Positions 29,071 through 37,375 of a stretch of 64,000 bases of DNA are shown here, one piece after another. This stretch comes from a virus, in IMG/VR virus record IMGVR_UViG_3300033553_000478, positions 1-64,000 of that record. One strand, written 5' to 3'. The notes under the pieces are model-generated. The model did no database searches and had not been told where the DNA came from. It saw only the letters and a program-made list of their open reading frames with translations. Every line of letters starts with the position of its first letter. Positions within the stretch are counted from its first letter, which is position 1. A program made the position numbers and the translations under genes.

Positions 29071-29241
29071 TTTTCTTCTTTGTTACGCAAACCAAATCAC
29101 TACCAGTCCTACACCGATAGCACATATAATTACAAAATACAAGTAAGTAATCCTCTCAAGATTGCGACGCCAGAATTTCTCCCAATTCATTTTCATTACA
29201 TCATCTATCTTAAGTTCCACTTCTTTACTTCTTCTCATTCT

Positions 29242-29484
29242 TTACTTTTTTTCCTTCCCCACAAAAGAGTTGAATAGATTTGATGTTATCTGTGGGTACT
29301 GGTACTCTAAAAACTCTACCTCTGGGGTAGAGTTTAAGAGGATAATACCTTGGGTTTTCCAGCGTTTCATAAATTCATCCACGTCGAAGTCTTCTGGTAT
29401 TTGAGCTACAGGATAAACCAATATACTTGCATCCTCAAAGGTTAGATACTGCAGTCCTAAAATCGGGTGATAGTGAAAGAACAT
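29242..29484 (-). CDS. hypothetical protein
   Basis: Coupled ORF in the minus-strand operon. Confidence 0.45.
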   Translation of the reverse strand: MFFHYHPILGLQYLTFEDASILVYPVAQIPEDFDVDEFMKRWKTQGIILLNSTPEVEFLEYQYPQITSNLFNSFVGKEKK

Positions 29485-29771
29485 TAATGCCTCGGCTTAA
29501 TTAAAATGGATCCCTCGTGATTTTTATTTGTGATAAATCCGCGATGCTCAGCCAAAAGCCTACGAATAATCGTATCTCTTAAGTGGTCTTGACAGTGATT
29601 TCCGTATTCTGCGTCAGGATCAATAAATACTTGGTCTTTTTTGAAGCCATATACTTTTGCTTCATTATTTCTATCCAAATGTGGCACTATAATTAGCCCT
29701 TTATTCTCAGGCTTGAAAATAGCTTGAATAGCTTCATCTACTGTTCTGGTAGTTTTTCCGTCTCTGCGCAT
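29484..29771 (-). CDS. hypothetical protein
   Basis: Coupled ORF starting RRDGKTTR. Confidence 0.5.
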   Translation of the reverse strand: MRRDGKTTRTVDEAIQAIFKPENKGLIIVPHLDRNNEAKVYGFKKDQVFIDPDAEYGNHCQDHLRDTIIRRLLAEHRGFITNKNHEGSILIKPRH

Positions 29772-29883
29772 TTATTTAAGTTTGTATTGGTTGATTTTCT
29801 TACGCATATCTGAAGCCACACCCAGCTTCAATCTCCAATCCTTAGATAGTTTCACCCCCAGTTTAAACTTGCTGAGCAGCTTT

Positions 29884-30081
29884 TTAAACTTTCTCATTGT
29901 CCAGACAGTATACTAATTTGTTAATACAGTTTTGCACAGACTTCAGATCATCTACAGAAACTTCTTTGTTTCTGAAAGCAATATCGAATCTTAATTGATT
30001 CTTATCGTAAAATAGAACCGCATTGCCATGATCAAATCTATAGAGGCCAACACCTCTTTCCAATGAATTGTCCTCAGCCAT
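29884..30081 (-). CDS. hypothetical protein
   Basis: Coupled ORF. Confidence 0.45.
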   Translation of the reverse strand: MAEDNSLERGVGLYRFDHGNAVLFYDKNQLRFDIAFRNKEVSVDDLKSVQNCINKLVYCLDNEKV

Positions 30082-30230
30082 TACTTACGCTTCTTTTTCT
30101 TAGGAGTAGTATTTGAACCGCGGCGATACTTCCCGTATTTAGCATCATTAGATTCCTTTTCGACTTCATTTTTGTAATCTTCTTCTTCTGTAAAGATCTC
30201 AGGATTATTATAGCCTCTATTTGTATTCAT
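30081..30230 (-). CDS. small protein (49 aa) with basic C-terminus RGSNTTPKKKKRK
   Basis: Read from the sequence; TAATG-coupled to the next gene; promoter-like TACATTAG upstream. Confidence 0.5.
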   Translation of the reverse strand: MNTNRGYNNPEIFTEEEDYKNEVEKESNDAKYGKYRRGSNTTPKKKKRK

Positions 30231-30299
30231 AACTTAACAATGTTTTGGCTAATGTAGTTAAAAACGTCATAATGTCGCAAGGGCAAGTGTAAAAATTTC

Positions 30300-30334
30300 A
30301 AAAAAAAATGCCCGTAGCAATAACTACAGGCATT
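30300..30334 (-). terminator. terminator directly after the tRNA-like gene
   Basis: GCCTGTAG-TTATTG-CTACGGGC followed by a long T run on the minus strand. Confidence 0.8.
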
Positions 30335-30335
30335 G

Positions 30336-30440
30336 TGCAGAGGGCAGGGATCGAACCTACACGATAAATTTGTCTATTGCTACCTATCAAGCCAACCGTT
30401 GCGACCGGTACACTGCGGCTTCCACTTTCGCCACCTCTGC
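30336..30440 (-). tRNA. atypical tRNA-like RNA (class II/Leu-like body, aberrant anticodon arm, identity undetermined)
   Basis: Acceptor stem GCAGAGG/CCTCTGC with discriminator A; D arm GCG-AAAGTGGAAGC-CGC; T arm GTAGG-TTCGATC-CCTGC; 105 nt; no encoded CCA. Confidence 0.7.
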
Positions 30441-30519
30441 CATATATCGTTTTAACCCTTTAGCTTCGATCGAATTCGATTTCGTGAGCTAAGGTACTCT
30501 GCGACAGATTGACGCGCAA

Positions 30520-30667
30520 GAAAAATCTCGAAAAATTTCAAAAAAAATTTCCAGAATTTGTACGGGCGAGTGGTTAATAGTGAATTATCCCCCACCCTTC
30601 TTTCGTTTTTGGGGTGCCCCCGGCTTCGCCGGAAACTCAAAAAAGAGAGTCCGATAGGGTATCGGGC
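30520..30667. other. strand-switch region with phased A-tracts and clustered GC-rich hairpins (candidate genome end / early promoter)
   Basis: A-tracts about 10-11 bp apart; GGGG-TG-CCCC; CCGGC-TTC-GCCGG; CCGATA-GGG-TATCGG; gene orientation flips here. Confidence 0.45.
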
Positions 30668-30693
30668 GATATAATCTCATAAACATAAATCAA

Positions 30694-30963
30694 ATGAGAA
30701 ATCCATTCACTTCCAGCGCCATTAGGCGCAACACTGCAACTGTAATCTCTACGGTTGCCAAGCACTCACACTTCATAGTTCAGTCTTCAGCTGATGCTAT
30801 TGCACACACTGAGGGCTACCTCAACAGCAAGCTCACAGCTATCAACGCTGAGCAATCTGTCAACCATCGCAGGTTATCTACCAAGATCACCCAAGCAGCC
30901 ATCCAACAGAGGGCAGCTAAATTGACTAATAACCTTACCTCACGCTTCACAGCAGCTGAGTAA
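30694..30963 (+). CDS. early hypothetical protein, paralog of 34127..34441
   Basis: Shared pattern M[RK]NPF..VIS..HF...SAD..A..E...KLT. Confidence 0.6.
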   Translation: MRNPFTSSAIRRNTATVISTVAKHSHFIVQSSADAIAHTEGYLNSKLTAINAEQSVNHRRLSTKITQAAIQQRAAKLTNNLTSRFTAAE

Positions 30964-30994
30964 ACTCAATAACAAATCACTTAAATCATTTATT

Positions 30995-31144
30995 ATGACA
31001 ACTATCTATCAAGTATTGAAAGCATTCGCCCTATTAACATTCGTATTCATCTGTCTATGGACAGGATACCTGTATGTTCCACTCATCGTAATGATGTGCC
31101 TTGGCATCTGGGCAATAGTATTAACCTTCAAAACTTCCAAGTAA
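30995..31144 (+). CDS. small membrane protein (49 aa)
   Basis: Read from the sequence: MTTIYQVLKAFALLTFVFICLWTGYLYVPLIVMMCLGIWAIVLTFKTSK; A-rich leader. Confidence 0.5.
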   Translation: MTTIYQVLKAFALLTFVFICLWTGYLYVPLIVMMCLGIWAIVLTFKTSK

Positions 31145-31331
31145 TGGACCAACATCTATTCTCCGCACCAAGCTATCCTGAAAGGATCATCACCACTGTT
31201 CGAGCTGTTCACAAGTTCGACACACGTGAAGAGGCAATTGCGTGGCTCGCAAGCAAACCAGCCGATAAAACTCAAGAAGAGGCATAGCCTCATTAATAAA
31301 CTCAAGAATAATAACTATTAAATTCAAGATT

Positions 31332-31754
31332 ATGAAAACTTCAAGACCGCGTATCAATCGTTATGACCACATCAACGTACTTCACGAAGATGCACCCATC
31401 TACATTCTGGACAACACCAAGCGCAAGCGCAGGATCCCAGCTGTAGTAGTAGCATCACTACGTGATAACCAACGTATGCCATCATACACCAAGGCCTGCA
31501 ATGATCTATTCCCATATCGCAAGATATCTGCAATGATCATCAGAGCCATCAACAAAGGCAAAGCCTTCACCTATCGTAATGATAACCTCAGCGATGAGGT
31601 AGCACTCGATACCACTCCTGTTCACAGAACAGCAAACATCACCCAGGAGTTCATCGAGCGGCAACGCGAGAGCATCAAGAACTACGGCAAGCGACTTCCC
31701 AAGAATGAAGAAAGCCAGGCATCAGCCCAGCTTCCTATTCTTCAAGTTGCGTAA
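31332..31754 (+). CDS. early hypothetical protein
   Basis: 140-aa basic ORF with an A-rich leader. Confidence 0.55.
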   Translation: MKTSRPRINRYDHINVLHEDAPIYILDNTKRKRRIPAVVVASLRDNQRMPSYTKACNDLFPYRKISAMIIRAINKGKAFTYRNDNLSDEVALDTTPVHRTANITQEFIERQRESIKNYGKRLPKNEESQASAQLPILQVA

Positions 31755-31829
31755 CCAGCGCCAGAAAATCAGATGTCGAAGACAATGAATTAAACAGGAA
31801 CCAGTAAAGAAGAGCAACAAATATAATGA

Positions 31830-32228
31830 TTATTTATAATCAAGCTGGCCCATATTAACAGGTTTTTCACGCTTTAGCTTAAACAATCTGTGCAAATAAT
31901 CCAGCTGCCTTCTACTGGTGTATCTAATCCGCAACGGACTAACATAATGGTCCTTGCCCTGATACACTATGAAGCCTGTATCTACAAGCTCCTTCCTATA
32001 CTTAGAGAAATGCTGAGATCTTTCGAAGCCAAAATCACTGTAATCACCTGTAACTATCAGGTCTTGCACATCAAGGCCAGCTCCAATACGCTGTATAATA
32101 TCCATTAGGAGCTTACGAGCAGCCTTGCTGAGGTTCGCATAAGCCTCAAGGCTATCAGCACATAACTCAAAAGTTCTCTTGCGGTTTATTAAGTCTGAGG
32201 TAACTCTGTTCTTAATCATATCGACCAT
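31830..32228 (-). CDS. RepL-like winged-HTH replication initiator/regulator
   Basis: LSKAARKLLMDII...FSKYRKELVDTGFI...HYVSP pattern; antisense to its neighbours; next to a repeat-rich intergenic region. Confidence 0.6.
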   Translation of the reverse strand: MVDMIKNRVTSDLINRKRTFELCADSLEAYANLSKAARKLLMDIIQRIGAGLDVQDLIVTGDYSDFGFERSQHFSKYRKELVDTGFIVYQGKDHYVSPLRIRYTSRRQLDYLHRLFKLKREKPVNMGQLDYK

Positions 32229-32319
32229 AATTTAGCGGGGGAGGAAATTTCCTATTTAATTATTAATATTCATTTGTCTTCATTTCAATTAATCTTCATC
32301 TTGTCTGATTACGCAGTAG

Positions 32320-32352
32320 CAAATATAGAATTATTTAATTCATATCTGCAAA
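32320..32352 (-). promoter_or_regulatory. Bacteroidota sigma-A promoter of the repL-like gene
   Basis: TTTG-N21-TATATTTG on the minus strand. Confidence 0.75.
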
Positions 32353-32366
32353 TCAATTAAAAAAAA

Positions 32367-32455
32367 GTTACACAAATCTATGTAACTATTGCAAAAAAAA
32401 AGTTACACACATCTGTGTAAGTCCTGAATATAAAAGTTACACACATCTGTGTAAC
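32367..32455. repeat. three 20-bp palindromic operator/iteron-like repeats, consensus GTTACAC-ACATCT-GTGTAAC
   Basis: Copies start at 32367, 32402 and 32436 (spacing 35 and 34 bp), each preceded by an A tract. Confidence 0.85.
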
Positions 32456-32580
32456 CGATATCGCCGCAATCGACTGACAATCAATACATTCTAAAAATAA
32501 ATTTGAACGTATTACTATATATGTCTGTCAAGGACAGGATAAATCTTGTACACACAAGCTCAAATCAATCTCAATAAATA

Positions 32581-32740
32581 CATCTTGAGAATATCTGTAG
32601 AATGTCTGTAAACAAACGGTAAGCGCTACACGCTTTTCTCTTGGGGAATTCTCTTGAGAAACACCTTGAGAAGTATCTTGAGATAACTCTTAAGAACATC
32701 GGTTGCAACATCTATCAAGCATCTATCGAAATATCTATGA
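32581..32740. repeat. 11-13 bp-period degenerate tandem repeats (CTTGAGA and ATCTAT cores), putative origin
   Basis: CTTGAGA-like cores at 32584, 32640, 32653, 32665, 32677, 32689; ATCTAT at 32710, 32721, 32733. Confidence 0.65.
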
Positions 32741-32816
32741 TAATTCGGTAATCAATCTCGTATGGCTATAGTAGTCATACGCTCAAAAATTGTTGAATCA
32801 TTTAAGTTAAAACGTT

Positions 32817-33278
32817 ATGAACAATTCAGTAAGCATCCACGAAGTAGTAATTGGTTACAAGGTTACATCTGTAAACTTTGCTAAGCAAGTCTGTAATGTC
32901 ACTGTCTTCGTAGACAGGGATAAGTCTGGTACTGGTAAGGAGCAGAACTTTAAGAAAGTGAAGCTATCAAGTCTATTGGCTTGGAGGCTTCAACACCAAG
33001 AAGATCGTTACACGATCGGGAAATGGTATTGTGGTTACAATACCTCTGAGAACAGGAAAGAGAATCCTTTCCAAATAATTAAATATACTGATAAGGTCAC
33101 CTTTGAAGAATGTTTAATGATCGCTCCTGTGGAACAAAGGAGCAAATACACTCCTGTCAGCTATGATGCCTTTGGCAACAAGATGGTAGGAGATATTAAG
33201 TACAGATTTCATAAACGAGAGTTTTATACTCGATGGAGAAATTTAGTACGAACAAATAAAAAGTTTGAGAAAGCTTAA
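32817..33278 (+). CDS. hypothetical protein
   Basis: 153-aa ORF followed by a terminator. Confidence 0.55.
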   Translation: MNNSVSIHEVVIGYKVTSVNFAKQVCNVTVFVDRDKSGTGKEQNFKKVKLSSLLAWRLQHQEDRYTIGKWYCGYNTSENRKENPFQIIKYTDKVTFEECLMIAPVEQRSKYTPVSYDAFGNKMVGDIKYRFHKREFYTRWRNLVRTNKKFEKA

Positions 33279-33290
33279 ATAAATAACAAT

Positions 33291-33327
33291 GCCCTTCACC
33301 CCTTACGGGGGTGAGGGCTTTTGTTTT
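33291..33327 (+). terminator. rho-independent terminator
   Basis: GCCCTTCACCCC-TTACG-GGGGTGAGGGC-TTTTGTTTT. Confidence 0.8.
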
Positions 33328-33439
33328 ACTTCCCTTTAATAAACTCATAAACACCTATCCTCTGTGACATATCGCAGTGGATCCTATTACCAATCAATAA
33401 TTATTCTATAAGCTGGCGAGCATAGTACGCCTCAAGATT

Positions 33440-34099
33440 ATGAAAACTACAATCCTTGTATCCGCTAAATTCATTGAAGTAACAATCTCTGGTATCACTA
33501 TCGTGATCAATCCAAAGAATCTATTCAAAGATCTGCAAACTCTCAAAGCATTCTGGAATAACATTATTCCGGAAGAGCGCAAAGAGAGTGTAGCTGGTTT
33601 TGGCTTCGATGAGTTCCTTGAGAACATCGAGAAATACAAACCATTTGTTGAGACCTTTATGGAATGCTTCACATTCCAGGACGGGGCCAAATCAACAATG
33701 ATCATAAATGAAGATGGCACAGTTAATATGCATAGCACTGCTCAGTCAGCCACATTCAACTTCAAAAAATACATCCAGCTGCTATCTGATATCAGTAAGC
33801 TGCAGGAGGAATCATTCAAAGCTAAATACGAAGCTGAGGAATCCGAAGAAGAAGAGCACAGGTACTGGTTCCAAGTGGAATCTTGTACTCAACCTGTAAC
33901 AGCTCATAACCTTGCTGAAGCATTAGAGTTTGACGTAGATCAAATCCTCGAAGCTGTAACAGAATTCGCTGATGAGAATGTACATCCTCACGAGCATTTA
34001 ACCAGAACTAAAATACATATGTTCTCTGAAGCATTCAGATGGAAATGCATTATACAACGTGATGGTGAGGTAACAATCATTAACACCTCAGCTGAATAA
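33440..34099 (+). CDS. acidic early hypothetical protein
   Basis: 219-aa ORF. Confidence 0.55.
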   Translation: MKTTILVSAKFIEVTISGITIVINPKNLFKDLQTLKAFWNNIIPEERKESVAGFGFDEFLENIEKYKPFVETFMECFTFQDGAKSTMIINEDGTVNMHSTAQSATFNFKKYIQLLSDISKLQEESFKAKYEAEESEEEEHRYWFQVESCTQPVTAHNLAEALEFDVDQILEAVTEFADENVHPHEHLTRTKIHMFSEAFRWKCIIQRDGEVTIINTSAE

Positions 34100-34126
34100 T
34101 AACTATTAATCCTTAATTCAATTCAA

Positions 34127-34441
34127 ATGAAAAATCCATTTAAAAAAGGCACTAAGCTTGCCACCGTTACCAGTAAAGTTATATCTCACGTAATGGGAGA
34201 TTTTCACTTCTTATTCAAAACCTCAGCTGACATAACAGCCAGGGCTGAATCAAAGATCGTGAACAAACTTACCGGACGTGCACCTTCCTCAGTCATTGAG
34301 GACAGGCACAATCGTACTGAGGCCACTCAGACGATGATCATTGACAAGTCTAAACAACTTGGCAAAACCCTCACCTCATTCTTCCACGCAGTGGATGATG
34401 CAGCTGTGGACGCAGTTCAACAAACTGAATTCAATAACTAA
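34127..34441 (+). CDS. early hypothetical protein, paralog of 30694..30963
   Basis: Shared motifs with 30694..30963. Confidence 0.6.
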   Translation: MKNPFKKGTKLATVTSKVISHVMGDFHFLFKTSADITARAESKIVNKLTGRAPSSVIEDRHNRTEATQTMIIDKSKQLGKTLTSFFHAVDDAAVDAVQQTEFNN

Positions 34442-34797
34442 TGAAGAAGTCAACTAAAGGTGGCCTGATGTTCCTTGGAATAATCGTGGCTGCCTTTATG
34501 ATTGGCGACTATATCCTATCAGCAACATTCTTTGGAATCGTTATGCTGGTAGGCTTAGTCGTCCTCGTAGAATCAATGAGCCCATTAAAATGGTTCGTAA
34601 GAAAAACATCAAAAATAATTGATGTATTAATCTTCGGAGTAACCGCAATATCAATGGCCTCTTTCGGACTCAATATGACCGCCGCTCTAACAATAGCAGG
34701 GGTGGGATATACTTTAGTCTATGCACCCTACTTGCGTGAGCAATCACCTAAGAAACAGCCAAGAGCTGATTACAGTCAAAACTTCAATCGTAAATAA
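34441..34797 (+). CDS. membrane protein
   Basis: About four hydrophobic segments; coupled to the upstream gene. Confidence 0.6.
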   Translation: MKKSTKGGLMFLGIIVAAFMIGDYILSATFFGIVMLVGLVVLVESMSPLKWFVRKTSKIIDVLIFGVTAISMASFGLNMTAALTIAGVGYTLVYAPYLREQSPKKQPRADYSQNFNRK

Positions 34798-34799
34798 TT

Positions 34800-35039
34800 A
34801 TGTATACAGACAGTAGCACAACTGACCAATTTCCTAAAACACTGCTTATTCATAACACCAAGGGTGGAGCAGTATGGCAAGTGTATCACGTTCAAGCTGA
34901 ACACGAAGCTGAAAAACTATCCAGCAATGCTGATAAGAATGGCTTTCAGTACAGGGAACTTGTAGACCATACCAACGAAGAAGAAACATTTCCTGACTGG
35001 AGAGAAACACCAGGAGGGAAAGAAATAATTCAACCGTAA
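34800..35039 (+). CDS. hypothetical protein
   Basis: ORF in the early operon. Confidence 0.5.
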   Translation: MYTDSSTTDQFPKTLLIHNTKGGAVWQVYHVQAEHEAEKLSSNADKNGFQYRELVDHTNEEETFPDWRETPGGKEIIQP

Positions 35040-35208
35040 ATAAAATGGGAGATAGAATTCAAGTCCAGTTTAACAATGATAAACTGATCAAGAAAACAGG
35101 ATATATAGATGGTTACATCTTCATTCCTTTCAAAGGTATTCACGCTCTTGTAATATCTGAAAATCTAATCGTCGAAGTCCATATCGACGCAATAATAGTT
35201 TACTAATT

Positions 35209-35484
35209 ATGGCAAATGAAGATAACAAGAAGCCTCTGAATATATCAGTGGCTTACATCACAAAGGAGCTCAAGAAAGACAACAGGATCTATCGCGGAGT
35301 TATGTATTACGGCGAAGATAATCGCCCCAAATATATGCGAGCAGTAGAATTCAAGACCGATGGCTACGGCCAATTCGTAAAGCATTGCTTCGATGAAGCA
35401 TTCAGGTTTGTAGGTGGAGAAGATAAATACTATCTCGGAACCTCAGACTTTCACAACATTGAAACCTTTAATCCCGGAACATAA
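35209..35484 (+). CDS. hypothetical protein
   Basis: ORF coupled to the radC-like gene. Confidence 0.5.
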   Translation: MANEDNKKPLNISVAYITKELKKDNRIYRGVMYYGEDNRPKYMRAVEFKTDGYGQFVKHCFDEAFRFVGGEDKYYLGTSDFHNIETFNPGT

Positions 35485-35936
35485 TGATCACTTACCAAAC
35501 ACCTTGTTACAAATTCAGGATTATAAAAGAGCCTAATATGAAAGCTGCAAGATGCAAAATACAAAGCTCTTCCTGCATTTCAGAATATATGAAGGCATAT
35601 CATTATGCCGATGATATCTCAGTATATGAATCCTTCTGGATCATACTTCTGAATAACGCGAATAATACAATGGGATCCCATTTAATCTCAAGCGGTTCAA
35701 TAACAGGATGCCTGGTGGATATAAGACTTATAGCGAAATATGCGCTGGAAGTTCTGGCCACCTCAATCATTCTGGTGCACAATCACCCAAGTGGTAATTT
35801 GCACCCCAGTGAAGCTGACAAGCAAATCACCAAGAAAATAATGACTGGTCTCGAAAATTTAGACATAAAAGTTCTGGACCACATCATTGTAACTGATGAA
35901 AGCTATTTCAGCTTTGCAGATGAAGGCTTACTTTAG
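35484..35936 (+). CDS. radC: RadC-like JAB/MPN domain protein
   Basis: ESFWIILLN, ILVHNHPSGNLHPSEAD, VLDHIIV, YFSFADEGLL. Confidence 0.92.
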   Translation: MITYQTPCYKFRIIKEPNMKAARCKIQSSSCISEYMKAYHYADDISVYESFWIILLNNANNTMGSHLISSGSITGCLVDIRLIAKYALEVLATSIILVHNHPSGNLHPSEADKQITKKIMTGLENLDIKVLDHIIVTDESYFSFADEGLL

Positions 35937-36021
35937 CAGAATGAAAAGAGAAGATGTAATCTTTGTGGCTGCCATCTACATAGGTTTGTGGATACTGAAC
36001 TTAATGTGTTAAATATTTCTA

Positions 36022-36029
36022 TATATTTG
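36022..36029 (+). promoter_or_regulatory. Bacteroidota -7 element
   Basis: TATATTTG upstream of ATG 36066. Confidence 0.6.
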
Positions 36030-36065
36030 TTACTCATTGAATTCAATAACTCAAATCTATTAATT

Positions 36066-36422
36066 ATGGGAGCCTCTCCAAGAAAAGATTACGGCGCTGC
36101 TGCAGTAGTGCCGTTATCAAATCCAACCGTTAAGCGTGTAATGACGCAAAACGCCCCCTTCTCAATTCAGGCAACAGGTCACGATCTTGTACCAGGGAAA
36201 CATATTCCCCTGACAAGCGAGAATCTTGACGCCTTGGTAACAGGTACGCGAGTACTTGATGTACCTCAAGAGAAGTATGTCAAAGCTGTAACCTCAAACT
36301 TAGGGGTGTTAACCTCTGCAGATATTGGGCACAGAAATGACAAAGGTGAAGAAGTCGTAAAGACTTATACCAAAGCAGAATTATTAGCATCTACGACAAT
36401 ATTTTTGGCGAAGGTTATATAA
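36066..36422 (+). CDS. monocistronic hypothetical protein
   Basis: Likely start MGASPRKDY; flanked by its own promoter and terminator. Confidence 0.6.
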   Translation: MGASPRKDYGAAAVVPLSNPTVKRVMTQNAPFSIQATGHDLVPGKHIPLTSENLDALVTGTRVLDVPQEKYVKAVTSNLGVLTSADIGHRNDKGEEVVKTYTKAELLASTTIFLAKVI

Positions 36423-36440
36423 TTCTTAAATCAATTATTC

Positions 36441-36468
36441 AAGGGAGCTGTATCAACAGCTCCCTTTT
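36441..36468 (+). terminator. rho-independent terminator
   Basis: AAGGGAGCTG-TATCAA-CAGCTCCCTT-TT. Confidence 0.8.
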
Positions 36469-36483
36469 AATTTAATTAAAACT

Positions 36484-36918
36484 ATGACTACAATTCAAGT
36501 TGCACCAACAAAATTCAATAGCAGAATCCTACACCTATACTCACAGGGATTACCATATCACAAGATCCAGAAAATTCTCAAAGTAGAATTCGATGAAGAT
36601 CTTGATGCGAAATGCCTGGGAGAAATAATGGGAGAGATCAAAAAAGAAATGGGATGCGCTACGCAATTCCAGATGGGTTGGCAGTATGCCCACCAGACAA
36701 TACAGGGAATCTTCGAAAGTATGAAAGAAGATCATGCACGGAAGCTTCAAGAGGAAGTGCAAGAAAGCTATCTTAGAGGAACTACATTCGGAAGAGATCA
36801 GGCTTTAATAATGCTCTCAGGTAGAGACCTCAACAAAGGAGTAATTGCTGGCCTTGTGGCAGCAACATTCTTTTGGGTAGTAATGATCATTGCATACTAC
36901 TACGTTTACCTGACCTAA
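36484..36918 (+). CDS. HTH-like protein with C-terminal TM anchor
   Basis: ILHLYSQGLPYHKIQKIL is LuxR-like; hydrophobic C-terminus. Confidence 0.45.
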   Translation: MTTIQVAPTKFNSRILHLYSQGLPYHKIQKILKVEFDEDLDAKCLGEIMGEIKKEMGCATQFQMGWQYAHQTIQGIFESMKEDHARKLQEEVQESYLRGTTFGRDQALIMLSGRDLNKGVIAGLVAATFFWVVMIIAYYYVYLT

Positions 36919-37033
36919 AATAAGCCGCTCTAAGCGACGATCTCCCCTTCCCACTACATAGGAGTAGGGAAACCCAAGAACATCAAGATTTCAATAACGT
37001 CTGAGTCAGCTCAGGCATAAATTCAAGTTGCAA

Positions 37034-37375
37034 ATGGTTTACCAATTCACAGTACACGGCAATCTACCAAAAGGTAGTGCGTGTCCTCAGCACGAAATGT
37101 TCACTCTTTACGGAAAGCTGTTAAAGGGTGACAAGATATCCAGTCACGATAAGCAATATATAGCTGATCACCTCTGGGGAACCTTTGGCGCAAACTCCAG
37201 TACATATAGACTCGGTGGTTTCGCAGCACATTTTTCCGAAGTTCTTCCAAGGATCCTTGTAAAACAACATGGAGATTGGAGAGAATATGTAGCTCCAAAT
37301 AAATCAACATTAAGAAATGCCCTATATGGCCACATCGATGAGATGCACTATGTAGGCAAAATCCAAGCAGTATGA
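37034..37375 (+). CDS. hypothetical protein
   Basis: ORF with likely ATG at 37034. Confidence 0.5.
   Translation: MVYQFTVHGNLPKGSACPQHEMFTLYGKLLKGDKISSHDKQYIADHLWGTFGANSSTYRLGGFAAHFSEVLPRILVKQHGDWREYVAPNKSTLRNALYGHIDEMHYVGKIQAV

Noticed and set aside
668-29404. Numerous plus-strand ORFs opposite the late genes, and minus-strand ORFs opposite the early genes
   Set aside because: They are antisense shadows of well-supported genes, with low-complexity F/S/I-rich translations and no initiation signals.
32367-32455. Three palindromic repeats as a mini-CRISPR array
   Set aside because: The intervening sequences are only 14-15 bp and A-rich, and no cas genes are present. Operators or iterons fit better.
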